A stretch of 36,334 bases of DNA from Octopus bimaculoides (taxonomy: Eukaryota): NCBI RefSeq assembly GCF_001194135.2, contig NC_068987.1, forward strand, positions 54,451,549 to 54,487,882. Reading direction: 5' to 3'. Below, piece after piece: positions 23,126 through 33,923 of the stretch. The position numbers and the translations under genes were made by a program. The stretch's first letter is position 1, and the number at the start of each line of letters is the position of its first letter. The notes below the pieces were generated by a model. The model was not told the origin of the DNA. It was given only the letters and a program-made list of their open reading frames with translations, and made no database searches.

Positions 23126-23601
23126 CACACACATTCGTGCAAACATGCATTTTATCATACAGAGACAATGTGTAGGAGGACAGGGTGACCAAACAATCAC
23201 AGCATTTGGCTTGAAAAATTTTGACAGTCAGAGTTCCACTTCTTTCAAAACAATATCCCATAATGCATTTACAATACCATGGCTGGTTTTTACTCAACTA
23301 ATCCATTGTTATTAATACCTGTAGAATTTTAACATCAACGGTAAGCTGCAATGGAATTAGTGATATTGACAGACTTTGTCTCAGAAATAAAGACGAAGAG
23401 AAGAAGAGGTTTAAGATAAGATTAAACGGTCTCCATGTGTCATACAGTATTATTTGGACAAAAACTACTAAACCACTGCAGTAGAAACAAAAATACTATG
23501 TGCTGAAAGAGGTAGAGAGTCTCTTTGTGGTTGATTGAGATGCTAGAAATAACAGTTAAATGGTCAGCGCGGTGTGAGTGTGTGTGTGTGTGTGTGTGTG
23601 A

Positions 23602-23755
23602 GTGGTCAGTGTGGTTAATGTGTTTGCTTCAAAACCACATGTTTTCGAGTTCAGTGCTACCATTTGGTACACTGGATAAGTGTCTTCTGGCCATTGTTTG
23701 AGGCTGACCAATGACTTGTGAGTGAAATCGGTAGTTAGAAACTGTGCAGAAATGA
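23602..23755 (+). mobile_element. Head and CORE-like part of the microsatellite-bearing SINE, diverged
   Basis: GTGGTCAGTGTGGTTAA..GAGTTCAGTGC..GATAAGTGTCTTCT..GACCAATGACTTGTGAGTG..AGAAACTG, followed by a (CA)n tract. Confidence 0.55.
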
Positions 23756-23768
23756 GTTATATGTACAT

Positions 23769-23828
<60 letters not shown>

Positions 23829-23962
23829 GTATAGACTGATATAAATATATATACAGATAAAGATTTTAAATTCAAGTATACACCCTTTGTTTAAAGCCCA
23901 TTCACTGCAGCTGGATACATATATATGTATGTATATATGTATATATATATGTGTGTGTGTTC

Positions 23963-23993
<31 letters not shown>

Positions 23994-24408
23994 CAGAGGG
24001 AGAGAGAGAGAGAGAGAGAAACATAATCAAATGAATAATAACAGACAATGAATAATTGTAAGTTTATGGATAATTATGAGCTGACAATTATCCATCGTCT
24101 GCTATTATTCATTTGATTATAATACATCAAAGGAAATTTACGACTTGTCAGACACCCTAGAGTATACCAACAATGTACAGATCAGCACAACACATGCATT
24201 GGACCAGCCCCTAGGCACTAAATACTCACAGGGTTGGTTTTGTCTGTGTACACAACCGGAATATCCTACTTGATACTTACCAACCATAGGCCAGAACCAC
24301 AGGTTTATCCAACCAAGCCTGGTGCATATCTTTTCAAGTACCTGATTCTATCTGAGCCCTTATTTTACTATATAATATATATATAGATAGATTACCAGAG
24401 GTAGAGTA

Positions 24409-24526
24409 ATATGCTTTATTTAAAAGCAGCAGAAATATAACAAAAGACTGTTACTCTGAGTTTCACGTTCTCGTTCGAAACTCAGAGTAACAGTCTTTTG
24501 TTATATTTCTGCTGCTTCTAAATAAA

Positions 24527-24532
<6 letters not shown>
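24409..24532. repeat. Fold-back inverted repeat, 56-bp arms, 12-nt loop
   Basis: Arms 24409-24464 and 24477-24532 are reverse complements with 2 mismatches; loop ACGTTCTCGTTC. Confidence 0.95.
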
Positions 24533-24573
<41 letters not shown>

Positions 24574-25164
24574 TATATACAATCAAATGGTTGGAAAGCA
24601 AGCTTCTTAACCCAGAGCCATGCCTATTTGTTCTCTCTCCATTATTTTTTCTTCTCAGTCCTTTCTTTCATGGAGTGTAGGTGTGAAATGTCAAAGACTT
24701 TTCCATTCTTCCAAAGCATCAAACTAATACACCTGCTTGTTATTCCTTCACCTGTCTTCATCTTTTGTTTCCTGTAAATTTGAACTATATATATATATGT
24801 GTGTGTATATATATATATATATATATGTATGTATATATATATATATTTATATATTTATATATACATACATACATACAGACAGACAAACAGAAAGACATAC
24901 ATGCATACACACACTCATACATAAAATTCCTGCCGAATTGTAAACCACACCCAACCAAAAGTAAAACCCGTACGTATTACTGGTACCTATAAATTGTCAC
25001 TTTGCAAGATTATGAAATTGACAACTAGCAAAACTTTGAAGTGACTCTCAAAAGAATTATTTAAAGTACAAACATTCATACAAACATATATACACATATA
25101 TAACTTTATATAAACACATACATATGTACATCTTTATACATGCATATATATATATATATATATA

Positions 25165-25422
25165 GTTTTAGGGAAAATAACCAAGTTTCAAGAACTCATC
25201 GATGAAAATCCACTATCACATATAGAAAAATTAATAATTAAGAGCACAATAAATGAGTATAATATAAAACAAAGTAAGTATCTTATATATTATCTTTATC
25301 TTATGATATTTACTTTGTTTTATATTATACTCATTTATTGTGCTTTTAATCATTAATTTTTCTATATGTGATAGTGGATTTTCATCGATGAGTTCTTGAA
25401 ATTTGGTTATTTTCCCTAAAAC
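25165..25422. repeat. Fold-back inverted repeat, 113-bp arms, 32-nt spacer, flanked by (TA)n
   Basis: Arms 25165-25277 and 25310-25422 are reverse complements with 3 mismatches, all transitions. Confidence 0.95.
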
Positions 25423-26252
25423 TATATATTTTATATATATTTTAATCTATAAAGCTCAATTTAATTTTAATTTTTTATAAATTGATTTTAATTGAGTTTT
25501 TACCTGTAATTTTGGATTTTGTCCCTAATATNNNNNNNNNNNNNNNNNNNNNNNNNNNNNNNNNNNNNNNNNNNNNNNNNNNNNNNNNNNNNNNNNNNNN
25601 NNNNNNNNNNNNNNNNNNNNNNNNNNNNNNNNNNNNNNNNNNNNNNNNNNNNNNNNNNNNNNNNNNNNNNNNNNNNNNNNNNNNNNNNNNNNNNNNNNNN
25701 NNNNNNNNNNNNNNNNNNNNNNNNNNNNNNNNNNNNNNNNNNNNNNNNNNNNNNNNNNNNNNNNNNNNNATATATATATATATATACATACACACATTTA
25801 TATGTATGTATGTATCTAGATATGTGTGTCAATATGTATGTTTGTATGTATGAGTGAAGGAAGAAGCTTTATAGCAAGAAAACAGACATAGAATGTCAAA
25901 ATCACTCATTGATAGAGTTAAACAGACATATTTATTCATATCAATTCCATTTAAACAACACAAAAATTTCTATTTGCAAATCTAAACATTTTAAACATTA
26001 ACAAAAAAAAACATGCCAGGCAGCTAAGTGATAAAAAGAAGAAGCTGAAACAAAGATACAGCTTGGAGGAGAAATGTTTATAGATAAATAAATATTCACG
26101 CACATATTTTGATGAATATATATACACACCATGCAATTACATAAATATACTTATAGATATTTCTATATACATGCATACACACATACACACACACACATGC
26201 ACACATGCACAAACATGCTGTATATCTGTATATATATGTATGTGTATGCGTC

Positions 26253-26285
<33 letters not shown>

Positions 26286-26359
26286 AACACAAGTATACAC
26301 ACTCTTATATATGAGGCTAATTATATATAGACAGCAATCTACTTTGATGGTTATCCACG

Positions 26360-26390
<31 letters not shown>

Positions 26391-26620
26391 CTACATACAA
26401 ACATTATAATGATGATGATGATGCAGAGGAGGAGGCGGATTATCCACTCATGACCAAGAAAGACCATCACTGACTGCTGCCCATGCAAAATGTCAACAAT
26501 ACCAGAGTAAAATTTTATGTCCAATAGGGCTTGTACAGCACCTCACAGACCCTCCCCATCCAACTAACATGATCCATCCATCCATCCATACATACATACA
26601 TACATACATACATACATACA

Positions 26621-26651
<31 letters not shown>

Positions 26652-26792
26652 GTATTTATGCATGAGAATGTATGTATATTTGTATTTATATGAATGAACT
26701 TGGTGTAATTGGAACAGCATTCAATTATCTTTAATTTATTTTTTTTTTCATTTGCATGTGCCATTTTTTCTTATTCATTCCACTTGCTTTCC

Positions 26793-27021
26793 TTAACCTT
26801 TTAACATTCGGATTACTTTGTTGAATGAAATTCTTATTTATTTACATTTTTTAAAAATTAATTTTGTTTTATCTTGTAGATTTGAGATTTCAAAGCTGTG
26901 ATTGTTTGTTTTTAAAATAACATTACAGAGTAGATGTGAAAGTCTAGATCTGGCTATGTTGAACATAAAACAAGTTGAACATTTGGGCTGGGTATGGCCA
27001 GCTTAATTACTAAGGAGTTAA
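26793..27021. mobile_element. Degraded TTAA-flanked MITE (piggyBac/Kolobok-like)
   Basis: TTAA at 26793-26796 and 27018-27021 with weak TIRs (CCTTTTAACATT versus CTCCTTAGTAAT). It resembles a common TTAACCCTTTAGCATT-type element I recall, unverified. Confidence 0.4.
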
Positions 27022-27544
27022 TGTGCTATTCACTATTTCCTACAAATCAAAGGGGACAGATTTCATGTAAATTTGGTTGAAAATACACAACATTGAAAAG
27101 GCTCAGGGAAACTGAAATACATCTGATATACTCTACTTTACTGCCTGGATGATTTTCATCTCACTCCAAAATATATTGTTTTTTACCCCTTAAACATCTT
27201 TATTTCCTTTAATGCATCTCTTAGGATTCTTCTCCATCTTAGTCTATTACTCCATTCCTGTACCCATTTCCTCACACCTTTTATCTGTACTTACTCCTAT
27301 ATAATGTAGGAGAACCCCTAGACTCCCTCTTACACAACCCACCCTGTCATCTTCCAGCTCTGTCTTCTTTTTCTCAATAACCCTTGTTACAAATTCCTTC
27401 CCTTCCCCCAGTTCCCTGCTATACATGCCCCTTCATCTTTGCCTCTTACTTACCATTCCTCATCCCTCCATTTAGAAACATTGTCCATTCCCTTTTATGT
27501 TCTCCTTCAGTTATAGGAGCTCCTTTAGGGTTTTCACCTGGCAA

Positions 27545-27735
27545 ATTATGAGGCAATCATCACCAGCACTGGTACCATGGAAAAAACACCCAATATACTT
27601 AGTGGTTAGCATTAGGAAGGGTATCCAGCCATAGAATCTATACCAAAGTCAGCAACGGTGCATGATACAGTCTTGCCAAACTGTCCTACTCATGCCAGCA
27701 TAGCAACCAGACATTAAATGATGGTGATAATAATG
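27545..27735 (+). mobile_element. RTE LINE 3' end, diverged copy
   Basis: TAGGAAGGGTATCCAGCCATAG..CATGCCAGCAT..GACATTAAATGATGGTGATAA. Confidence 0.6.
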
Positions 27736-27912
27736 GTGTTAGCTGATGTATTTCCTGTTGTACTATCTTATGACTTCATCTATTACTTTGTTAGAATGGC
27801 CATTAGTTATTACTGTTTCACTTATTTTGCAGCTTTTTATTACCCAGTTTGTGAAGTAGAACTGAAGTAAATTGGCAGAACTGTTTTAGTATAAAACCAA
27901 AATGCCTTACAG

Positions 27913-27990
27913 CAGCAGACCCCGACCTTTTTTGCACCATGGACTGGTTTCACACAAAAGAATTTTTTCAGACCAAAGATCATGTGCATA
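27913..27990 (+). mobile_element. hAT-Charlie (MER1-like) terminal fragment
   Basis: CAGCAGACCCCGACCTTTTTTGCACCATGGACTGGTTTC..AATTTTTTCAGAC resembles the CAGCGGTCCCCAACCTTTTTGGCACCAGGGACCGGTTTC end of hAT-Charlie MITEs (from recall). No partner end is seen. Confidence 0.5.
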
Positions 27991-28054
27991 AAAATAAAGT
28001 GCATAATACGTATTTTAACTATTTTAAATATTATACATATATATATATTACATA

Positions 28055-28320
28055 GTGAAGGCGCATGGCTCAGTGGTTAGAGCATCGAGCTTACGATCGC
28101 GAGGTTGTGAGTTCGAATCTCGGATCGGGCTGCGTGTTGTGTTCTTGAGCAAAACACCTTATTTCACGCTGCTCCAGTTCACTCAGCTGTAGAAATGAGT
28201 TGCGATGTCACTGGTGCCAGGCTGTATCGGCCTTTGCCTTTCCCTTGGATAACACTGGTGGCATGGAGAGGGGAGGTTGGTACGCATGGGCAACTGCTGG
28301 TCTTCCATAAACAGACTTGT
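28055..28320 (+). mobile_element. tRNA-derived SINE with CORE/V-like central domain
   Basis: A-box TGGCTCAGTGG (28066-28076) and B-box GAGTTCGAATC (28109-28119), then TGTGTTCTTGAGCAAAACACCTTATTTCAC..CAGCTGTAGAAATGAG. Confidence 0.8.
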
Positions 28321-28324
28321 GCCT

Positions 28325-28630
28325 TGTGATGGTGGTGGTGGTGGTGGTGGTAGTAATAGTAGTAGTAGTAGTAGTAGTAGCAGTAGCACTACTAACAGCA
28401 GTAGTAGCAGTTGCAGTAATAGCAGTAGTAGTTAGTAGTAGTAGCAGTAGTAGTTGTGGTGGTGGTGGTGGCAGTGACAGTGGCGATGGTGGTGACAAGG
28501 GTGGCAGCTGCAGTGGCAGAAGCAGCAGTGGTGGTCATCATTGTGGTGGTGGTGGTGTTTACAGTTTGTAGTTGTACCTGTTGTTGCCATTTAATAGTTG
28601 TTATTAATGATGATGATGATGTTGATCTTC
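28325..28630. repeat. Compound trinucleotide repeat (GGT/AGT/AGC/GAT)
   Basis: Visible runs of GGT, AGT, GCA and GAT. Confidence 0.9.
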
Positions 28631-28669
28631 ATGGTTTTGTTGTTGTTGCTCTGCTCTTGTCATTTGCAC

Positions 28670-28834
28670 TGTTTTAAAGGGTTTTAGTTGAAGAAATTGA
28701 CCCCAGAACTTATCCTTTGTAAGCCTAGTACTTATTCTATCATTCTGTTTTGCCAAACTGCTAAGTTACAGAGACATAAGCACACCAGCATCGGTTATTA
28801 AGTGATGGTGGCAAAGGACAAACAGAGACACACA

Positions 28835-28912
<78 letters not shown>

Positions 28913-29345
28913 CACACACACACACGCACACACACACACACATATGACAAACTTCTTTCAGTTTCTTATCTCTTTATTGCCCACAAGGGGCTAAACATAG
29001 AGGGGACAAACAAGGACAGACAAACGGATTAAATTGATTAGATCGACCCCAGTGCGCAACTGGTACTCAATTTATTGACCCCGAAAGGATGAAAGGCAAA
29101 GTCGACCTCGGCAGAATTTGAACTCAGAACGTAGCAGCAGATGAAATACCACTGCTAACTTTCGCCCGGCGTGCTAACAATTCTGCCAGCTCACCGACTT
29201 CTTTCAGCTTCTTTCCACCAAATCCACTCACAAGGCTTTGGTCTGTCAGCTGTTATAGTAGAAGGCACTTGTCCAAGGTGCCATGCAGTGGGACTGAACT
29301 CAGAACCATGTAGGTTCGGAAGGAATCTTCTTATCATACAGCCAT
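28670..29345 (-). mobile_element. Microsatellite-bearing CORE-like SINE interrupted by a younger SINE
   Basis: Tail at 28670-28825, long (CA)n at ~28830-28942, CORE-like part and head at 29213-29345; split at 28951-29212. Confidence 0.75.
28967..29196 (-). mobile_element. Near-intact tRNA-derived SINE (GGTGAGCTGGCAGAA family) with 16-bp TSD
   Basis: Minus strand: CGGTGAGCTGGCAGAATTGTTAG, B-box GAGTTCAAATTC, GCCTTTCATCCTTTCGGGGTC central domain. TSD ACTTCTTTCAG(T/C)TTCT at 28951-28966 and 29197-29212. Confidence 0.85.
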
Positions 29346-29361
29346 ACCCACACCTGTATAT

Positions 29362-29567
29362 ATACATATCTCTTTTACTCTTTTATTTGTTTCAGTCATT
29401 TGACTGCGGCCATGCTGGAGCACCGCCTTAAGTCGAGAAAATCGACCCCAGGACTTATTCTTTGGATGCCTAGTACTTATTCTATCGGTCTCTTTTTTCG
29501 CTGAACCGCTAAGTTACAGGGACGTAAACACACCAGCATCGGTTGTCAAGTGATGGTAGGGGGACAA

Positions 29568-29602
<35 letters not shown>

Positions 29603-29700
29603 CATATATACGACAGGCTTCTTTCAGTTTCCGTCTACCAAATCCACTCACAACGCTTTGGTCGGCCCAAGGCTATAGTAGAAGACACTTGCCCTGGAAC
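29362..29700 (-). mobile_element. Second, adjacent copy of the microsatellite-bearing CORE-like SINE (head truncated)
   Basis: TTTTACTCTTTT..CAGTCATTTGACTGCGGCCATGCTGGAGCACCGCC..GGGGGACAAAC(CA)n(TA)n CGACAGGCTTCTTTCAGTTTCCGTCTACCAAATCC. Confidence 0.8.
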
Positions 29701-30040
29701 CATGCGGTTGGTATATACATATATATANNNNNNNNNNNNNNNNNNNNNNNNNNNNNNNNNNNNNNNNNNNNNNNNNNNNNNNNNNNNNNNNNNNNNNNNN
29801 NNNNNNNNNNNNNNNNNNNNNNATATATACATAGAGAGAGGGGGAGAGAGGGGGGAGAGAGAGTCAAAAGATGATATCCAAAGTTGCTCAATATAGAAAA
29901 CAGTAGCACTCAAACGTTTTGAACTTACACTCCAAAATCCTTACCAAGGACTAAGTCTACAGGGTAAAGTAGTTGGCTGTAAGAGAAATGCAGGTGAGGA
30001 GTTACCCCTCATAGCAACTCATCATTATCTCCCTCTCTCT

Positions 30041-30109
<69 letters not shown>

Positions 30110-30234
30110 TGCAAGTTAGCTATTTATTGTGACCTTTATTTACTTTTATCAGATAAAAAATAGTGGAATTTGGATTTTTCTTTGCACTTTTTTTTTGCAG
30201 TTATTAAAAATAGGATGATGGAAGATGGATGGAA

Positions 30235-31140
30235 AGATATCTCCATCATATTATAAACGATATCTCTATTGTACAAAATATATTTATAAAGATATATCTA
30301 TCATATTCTAAAAGACATATTTTTCATATTATAAAATATAATTCTATCATATTATAAAAGATATATCCATCATATTCTAAAATATGTGTATATATGTGTG
30401 TGTATCAAATGAAAAAAAAGCTGTCTCTGTCATATTATAAAAGATATATCAAGATATATCTACCATACTGCTGATCATATACTTATGTCTAAAATATATC
30501 TATATAAATTATATCTCTACCATACAAAAAGTATATCGATATAAATGATATTTCTATCATACAAAAGGAAAATATATTTGTCATATTATGAAATGTATAT
30601 ATCATATTATAAAATCTGTCTAATAGAACATATATATCAGAAAAGAAATATTTATATTATAGAATATATATCTATAGTATTATCAATGATGTATCATATT
30701 ATAAAAGAGATATCTATCATAATATAAAATATTGAAAGGCCAGTCTTTGGATATGGCTGAAGAGGAATGACAAAATTTGGCTGGTGAGTTGATGATCCTG
30801 ATATGGACTAGTGGTCGAATGCCTAGCCATTCGAAACAGTAGGTAGGCTCTCTTCACGTTAGTAAGGTAGGATTAGGGGGCAGTGCACTGTAAAGACACC
30901 AAAAAGAAGGCTCTGAAATGGTGCACATTCTCTTTTGATGACACTTGAAACCTTCTGGCACCTAGTATGCAGAATATTTGACTAGCTGTGCTTGCACTGG
31001 CAAGCTATATCCAAGTCTCTGTCTATCATATTATAGTATATCATATTATAAAAACTATATCCACCATACTATAAAATATATATCACTCATATGAAATACA
31101 TATATATATATTAAAGATATAACTGTCATATAATAAAAGA
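30235..31140. repeat. Degenerate AT-rich ~23-24-bp minisatellite (ATCTATCATATTATAAAAGATAT-like), split by a ~290-bp unrelated insert
   Basis: TCATATTATAAAA/TCATATTCTAAAA cores recur at 30235-30730 and 31020-31140. Confidence 0.7.
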
Positions 31141-31274
31141 GAACATTGAAATTATTTATTGCCTGTCAAAATTCATTGAGAAACAAGCAAAATGTAAAAG
31201 AAATTCAAATTCCTAACCAGAAAGTGATTCTTTAATTCTATCAAACTTTATTCGGTCTTATTTATTTTTGCTTT

Positions 31275-31550
31275 AGCCATAACCATCAGCACTATTGTCA
31301 TCATCACTACCAACAACACCCACCTCCAAAATCATCATCACCATCATCATCATCATTATTATCACTCCCACCACCACCACCACCACATGATCATCATCAT
31401 CAGCACCACCACCACCATTATCATCACCTCCACCACTACCACCATCACCACAACCATTGCCATCACTATCAGCATCATCAGTGTTATCACCAAGGCATGT
31501 TTGTTGTTGTCAGCATCATCATTATCATCATCATCATCACCAGGAACAGC
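31275..31550. repeat. Compound (CAT/CAC)n trinucleotide repeat
   Basis: Visible CAT and CAC runs. Confidence 0.9.
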
Positions 31551-31885
31551 AGCAGTATCCTTTGTCCCTGTAATATTATCTCGTTTATTGCGCATGCAAC
31601 AGAAATCAAGAAAGAAAATTGCAGTAAATAAATATGCATTCAATGTATAGCAAACTATGTAAAGGGGTTCACTGTATTACTCCCACTTCAAGATTAAGAT
31701 CAAGCTTTTCCAAGTTTTGCTTTCAAATTCTTCATCACAGTTCCCAAAACCCAAATGATAATTAACAAGATAATAATTGGTAGTTACAATCACGCTAATT
31801 ATGAAATCACTTTGATTTGAAACCTAGACTTGTTTTCAATCAGAAAATTCCTTTTAAACAACAACTAGGATTTTGGTACGTTGTG

Positions 31886-31975
31886 TGATGACATCAGCAA
31901 AAATCTGCCCAATAAAATTGTATACAAACAACTGCTGAAGTATTAAGTGATGACATCATCACAGAGCTATCCAAT
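31886..31975. promoter_or_regulatory. Candidate promoter/enhancer: two ATF/CRE-like plus CCAAT modules
   Basis: TGATGACATCA at 31886-31896 and 31948-31958, each followed exactly 12 nt later by CCAAT (31909-31913 and 31971-31975; the second reads CCAATCAG). Confidence 0.35.
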
Positions 31976-32255
31976 CAGATTTCTTCTGTAGCATGTTGTA
32001 AAGAAGACCAATTCTACAGAGACAAACAGAATCTGTAAAAGCAGGAGCTAAGCAACATAAACAGTGAAGCACAACACCAAGCAACGTTCTTGCATTTAGC
32101 AGGGTTTCCACAGTAGCTACTGTCAAATGGTAAACAGTAAAAAGAAATGTCTACACTAAAACTAGCACAATCACCACTTTCACAGATATATTCCTGCGTC
32201 TCTGGAAACACACACTCTATTAATATGAACAGAACTATTTTTATCACTATTATTA

Positions 32256-32750
32256 TTGAGTGAGAGAGCAGTACATGCCATCAAAGTGACACTGGGGTCA
32301 AATATACAAAAGACCAGTATACCCATCATGACTGCTCATCTGATAAGGGTACACCAGGCACATGCATCACAACCATATGTGTGCAACATGGTGATCTCAT
32401 ATCAAGATAAACAGCACATGACCTTGCAGGTGGGGCCCAGTTAGAATTTTTTTAAAGTCATGTAGCTGATCCTACTCAAAAGGTCCCTGAATAAGGGTTT
32501 GTTTAAGTATGATAAACGAAACACCCATGTTTTTAGAGATGAATTATTCGAAGCCCAGAAAATTCCTCTCAACACATGGCTATGATGCTCCCCAACTACT
32601 TCTGCTCGCGATCAGAGATGTACAAATTGTCAGCCACTAAGGGACATGCTCAACTGATTACGGTCAAACAACTGACAAGCAAGTCTGTGGTATTGAGTAG
32701 ATATTTGTTGTAGTTCATCTTTTATACAAGATAAAACATGCACATGGTAG
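32256..32750 (+). repeat. Unclassified interspersed repeat
   Basis: The first ~265 bp match 11490-11755 in reverse; it begins right after a (TAT)n run. The 3' boundary is approximate. Confidence 0.6.
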
Positions 32751-33522
32751 AGACAAACTTTCTGTAGGAGCTCAACCAGTTATTCTATTTCAATCCCCTT
32801 CCGCCATTTGTCTATATCTTGACTTACTGTTCCCAACGCATCAATAATTATAGGCACAACCTTTACTGTTTACATACACCGAATACTTCCTTTTCAAATT
32901 TTATGGGATTGTAACTAAAAAAAAAAAAAATAGATTCCAAAATGATTCAAAATTAGAATTCTCGACAAAAATAGATTCTAAAATTTAAAAGCACAATAAA
33001 TTCCAAAATTTAAAAAACGGCAGGAACTTAGTTGCCAACCCAATAATTGACTTGCCCCCACCTCCAAACGTTCCCCCACCTCCAAACTTGCTGGCCTTGT
33101 GCCAAAATTTGAAACCAGTATTACTATTGTTGTTGCTGTTGCTGCTCTAGTTGTTGTTGTAGTTGTTGTACTTCTTGCACACTATGGACATAAAGTACTG
33201 GTTTCTATGGGCTTTTTTGCTCGTGTTAGTTATCAAGCCTTAACAAAAGTCCTTCTACAGAAGTATCTTTCTAATAATGTGAGCTGTGTTAAGGAGGGAA
33301 GAGCCAGAGTGAACTCACATGCTTGTCTTAGTATCCAATTCTTCTATATGATATAATATTCTTTTTTTTATGATTGAACCTAATGTTCCAATGATAACTG
33401 GTACAACTTTCACTTTTGCAGCCAGGCTGTGAATAAAAAGTAATAATATTGCCAAATACACACACATATAAGCATACATGAATGTACAGTACACACACGT
33501 ACAAGCAGATATGTGCATACAA

Positions 33523-33923
33523 TTTTTTTGTTGTTGTTTTTGTTGTTGGCACTCCGTCGCTTACGACGTCGAGGGTTCCAGTTATCCAATCAACGGAACA
33601 GCCTGCTCGTGAAATTAACATGCAAATGGCTAAGCACTCCACAGGCACGTGTACCCTTAACGTAGTTCTCGGGGAGATTCAGCGTGACACTGTGTGACAA
33701 GGCTGACCCCTTGAATTACAGGTACAACAGAAACAGGAAGTAAGAGTGAGAGAAAGCTGTGGTGAAAGAGTACAGCAGGGTTCGCCACCATCCCCTGCCG
33801 GAGCCTCGTGGAGCTTTAGGTGTTTTCGCTCAATAAACACTCACAATGTCCGGTCTGGGAATCAAAATCGCGATCCTATGACTGCGAGTCTGCTGCTCTA
33901 ACCACTGGACCATTGCACCCCAC
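33523..33923 (-). mobile_element. tRNA-derived SINE, full length, 8-bp TSD, (CAA)n-like tail
   Basis: Same family as 2727-3112. TSD GCATACAA at 33515-33522 and 33924-33931. Confidence 0.85.

Noticed and set aside
23325-23340. 16-nt plus-strand microexon (CTGTAG|..ACG|GTAAGC)
   Set aside because: Only splice-like signals support it, and these are expected by chance without transcript data.
24066-24095. 10-bp inverted repeat ATGGATAATT/AATTATCCAT
   Set aside because: It is short and AT-rich, within chance expectation for 36 kb.
24281-24345. Minus-strand exon ending at TTG|GTAAGT
   Set aside because: There is no convincing acceptor or pyrimidine tract, and the peptide is unrecognisable.
28055-28130. 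Possible tRNA gene
   Set aside because: A and B boxes are present, but the anticodon and acceptor stems do not pair properly and the sequence runs into a SINE central domain; it is a SINE head.
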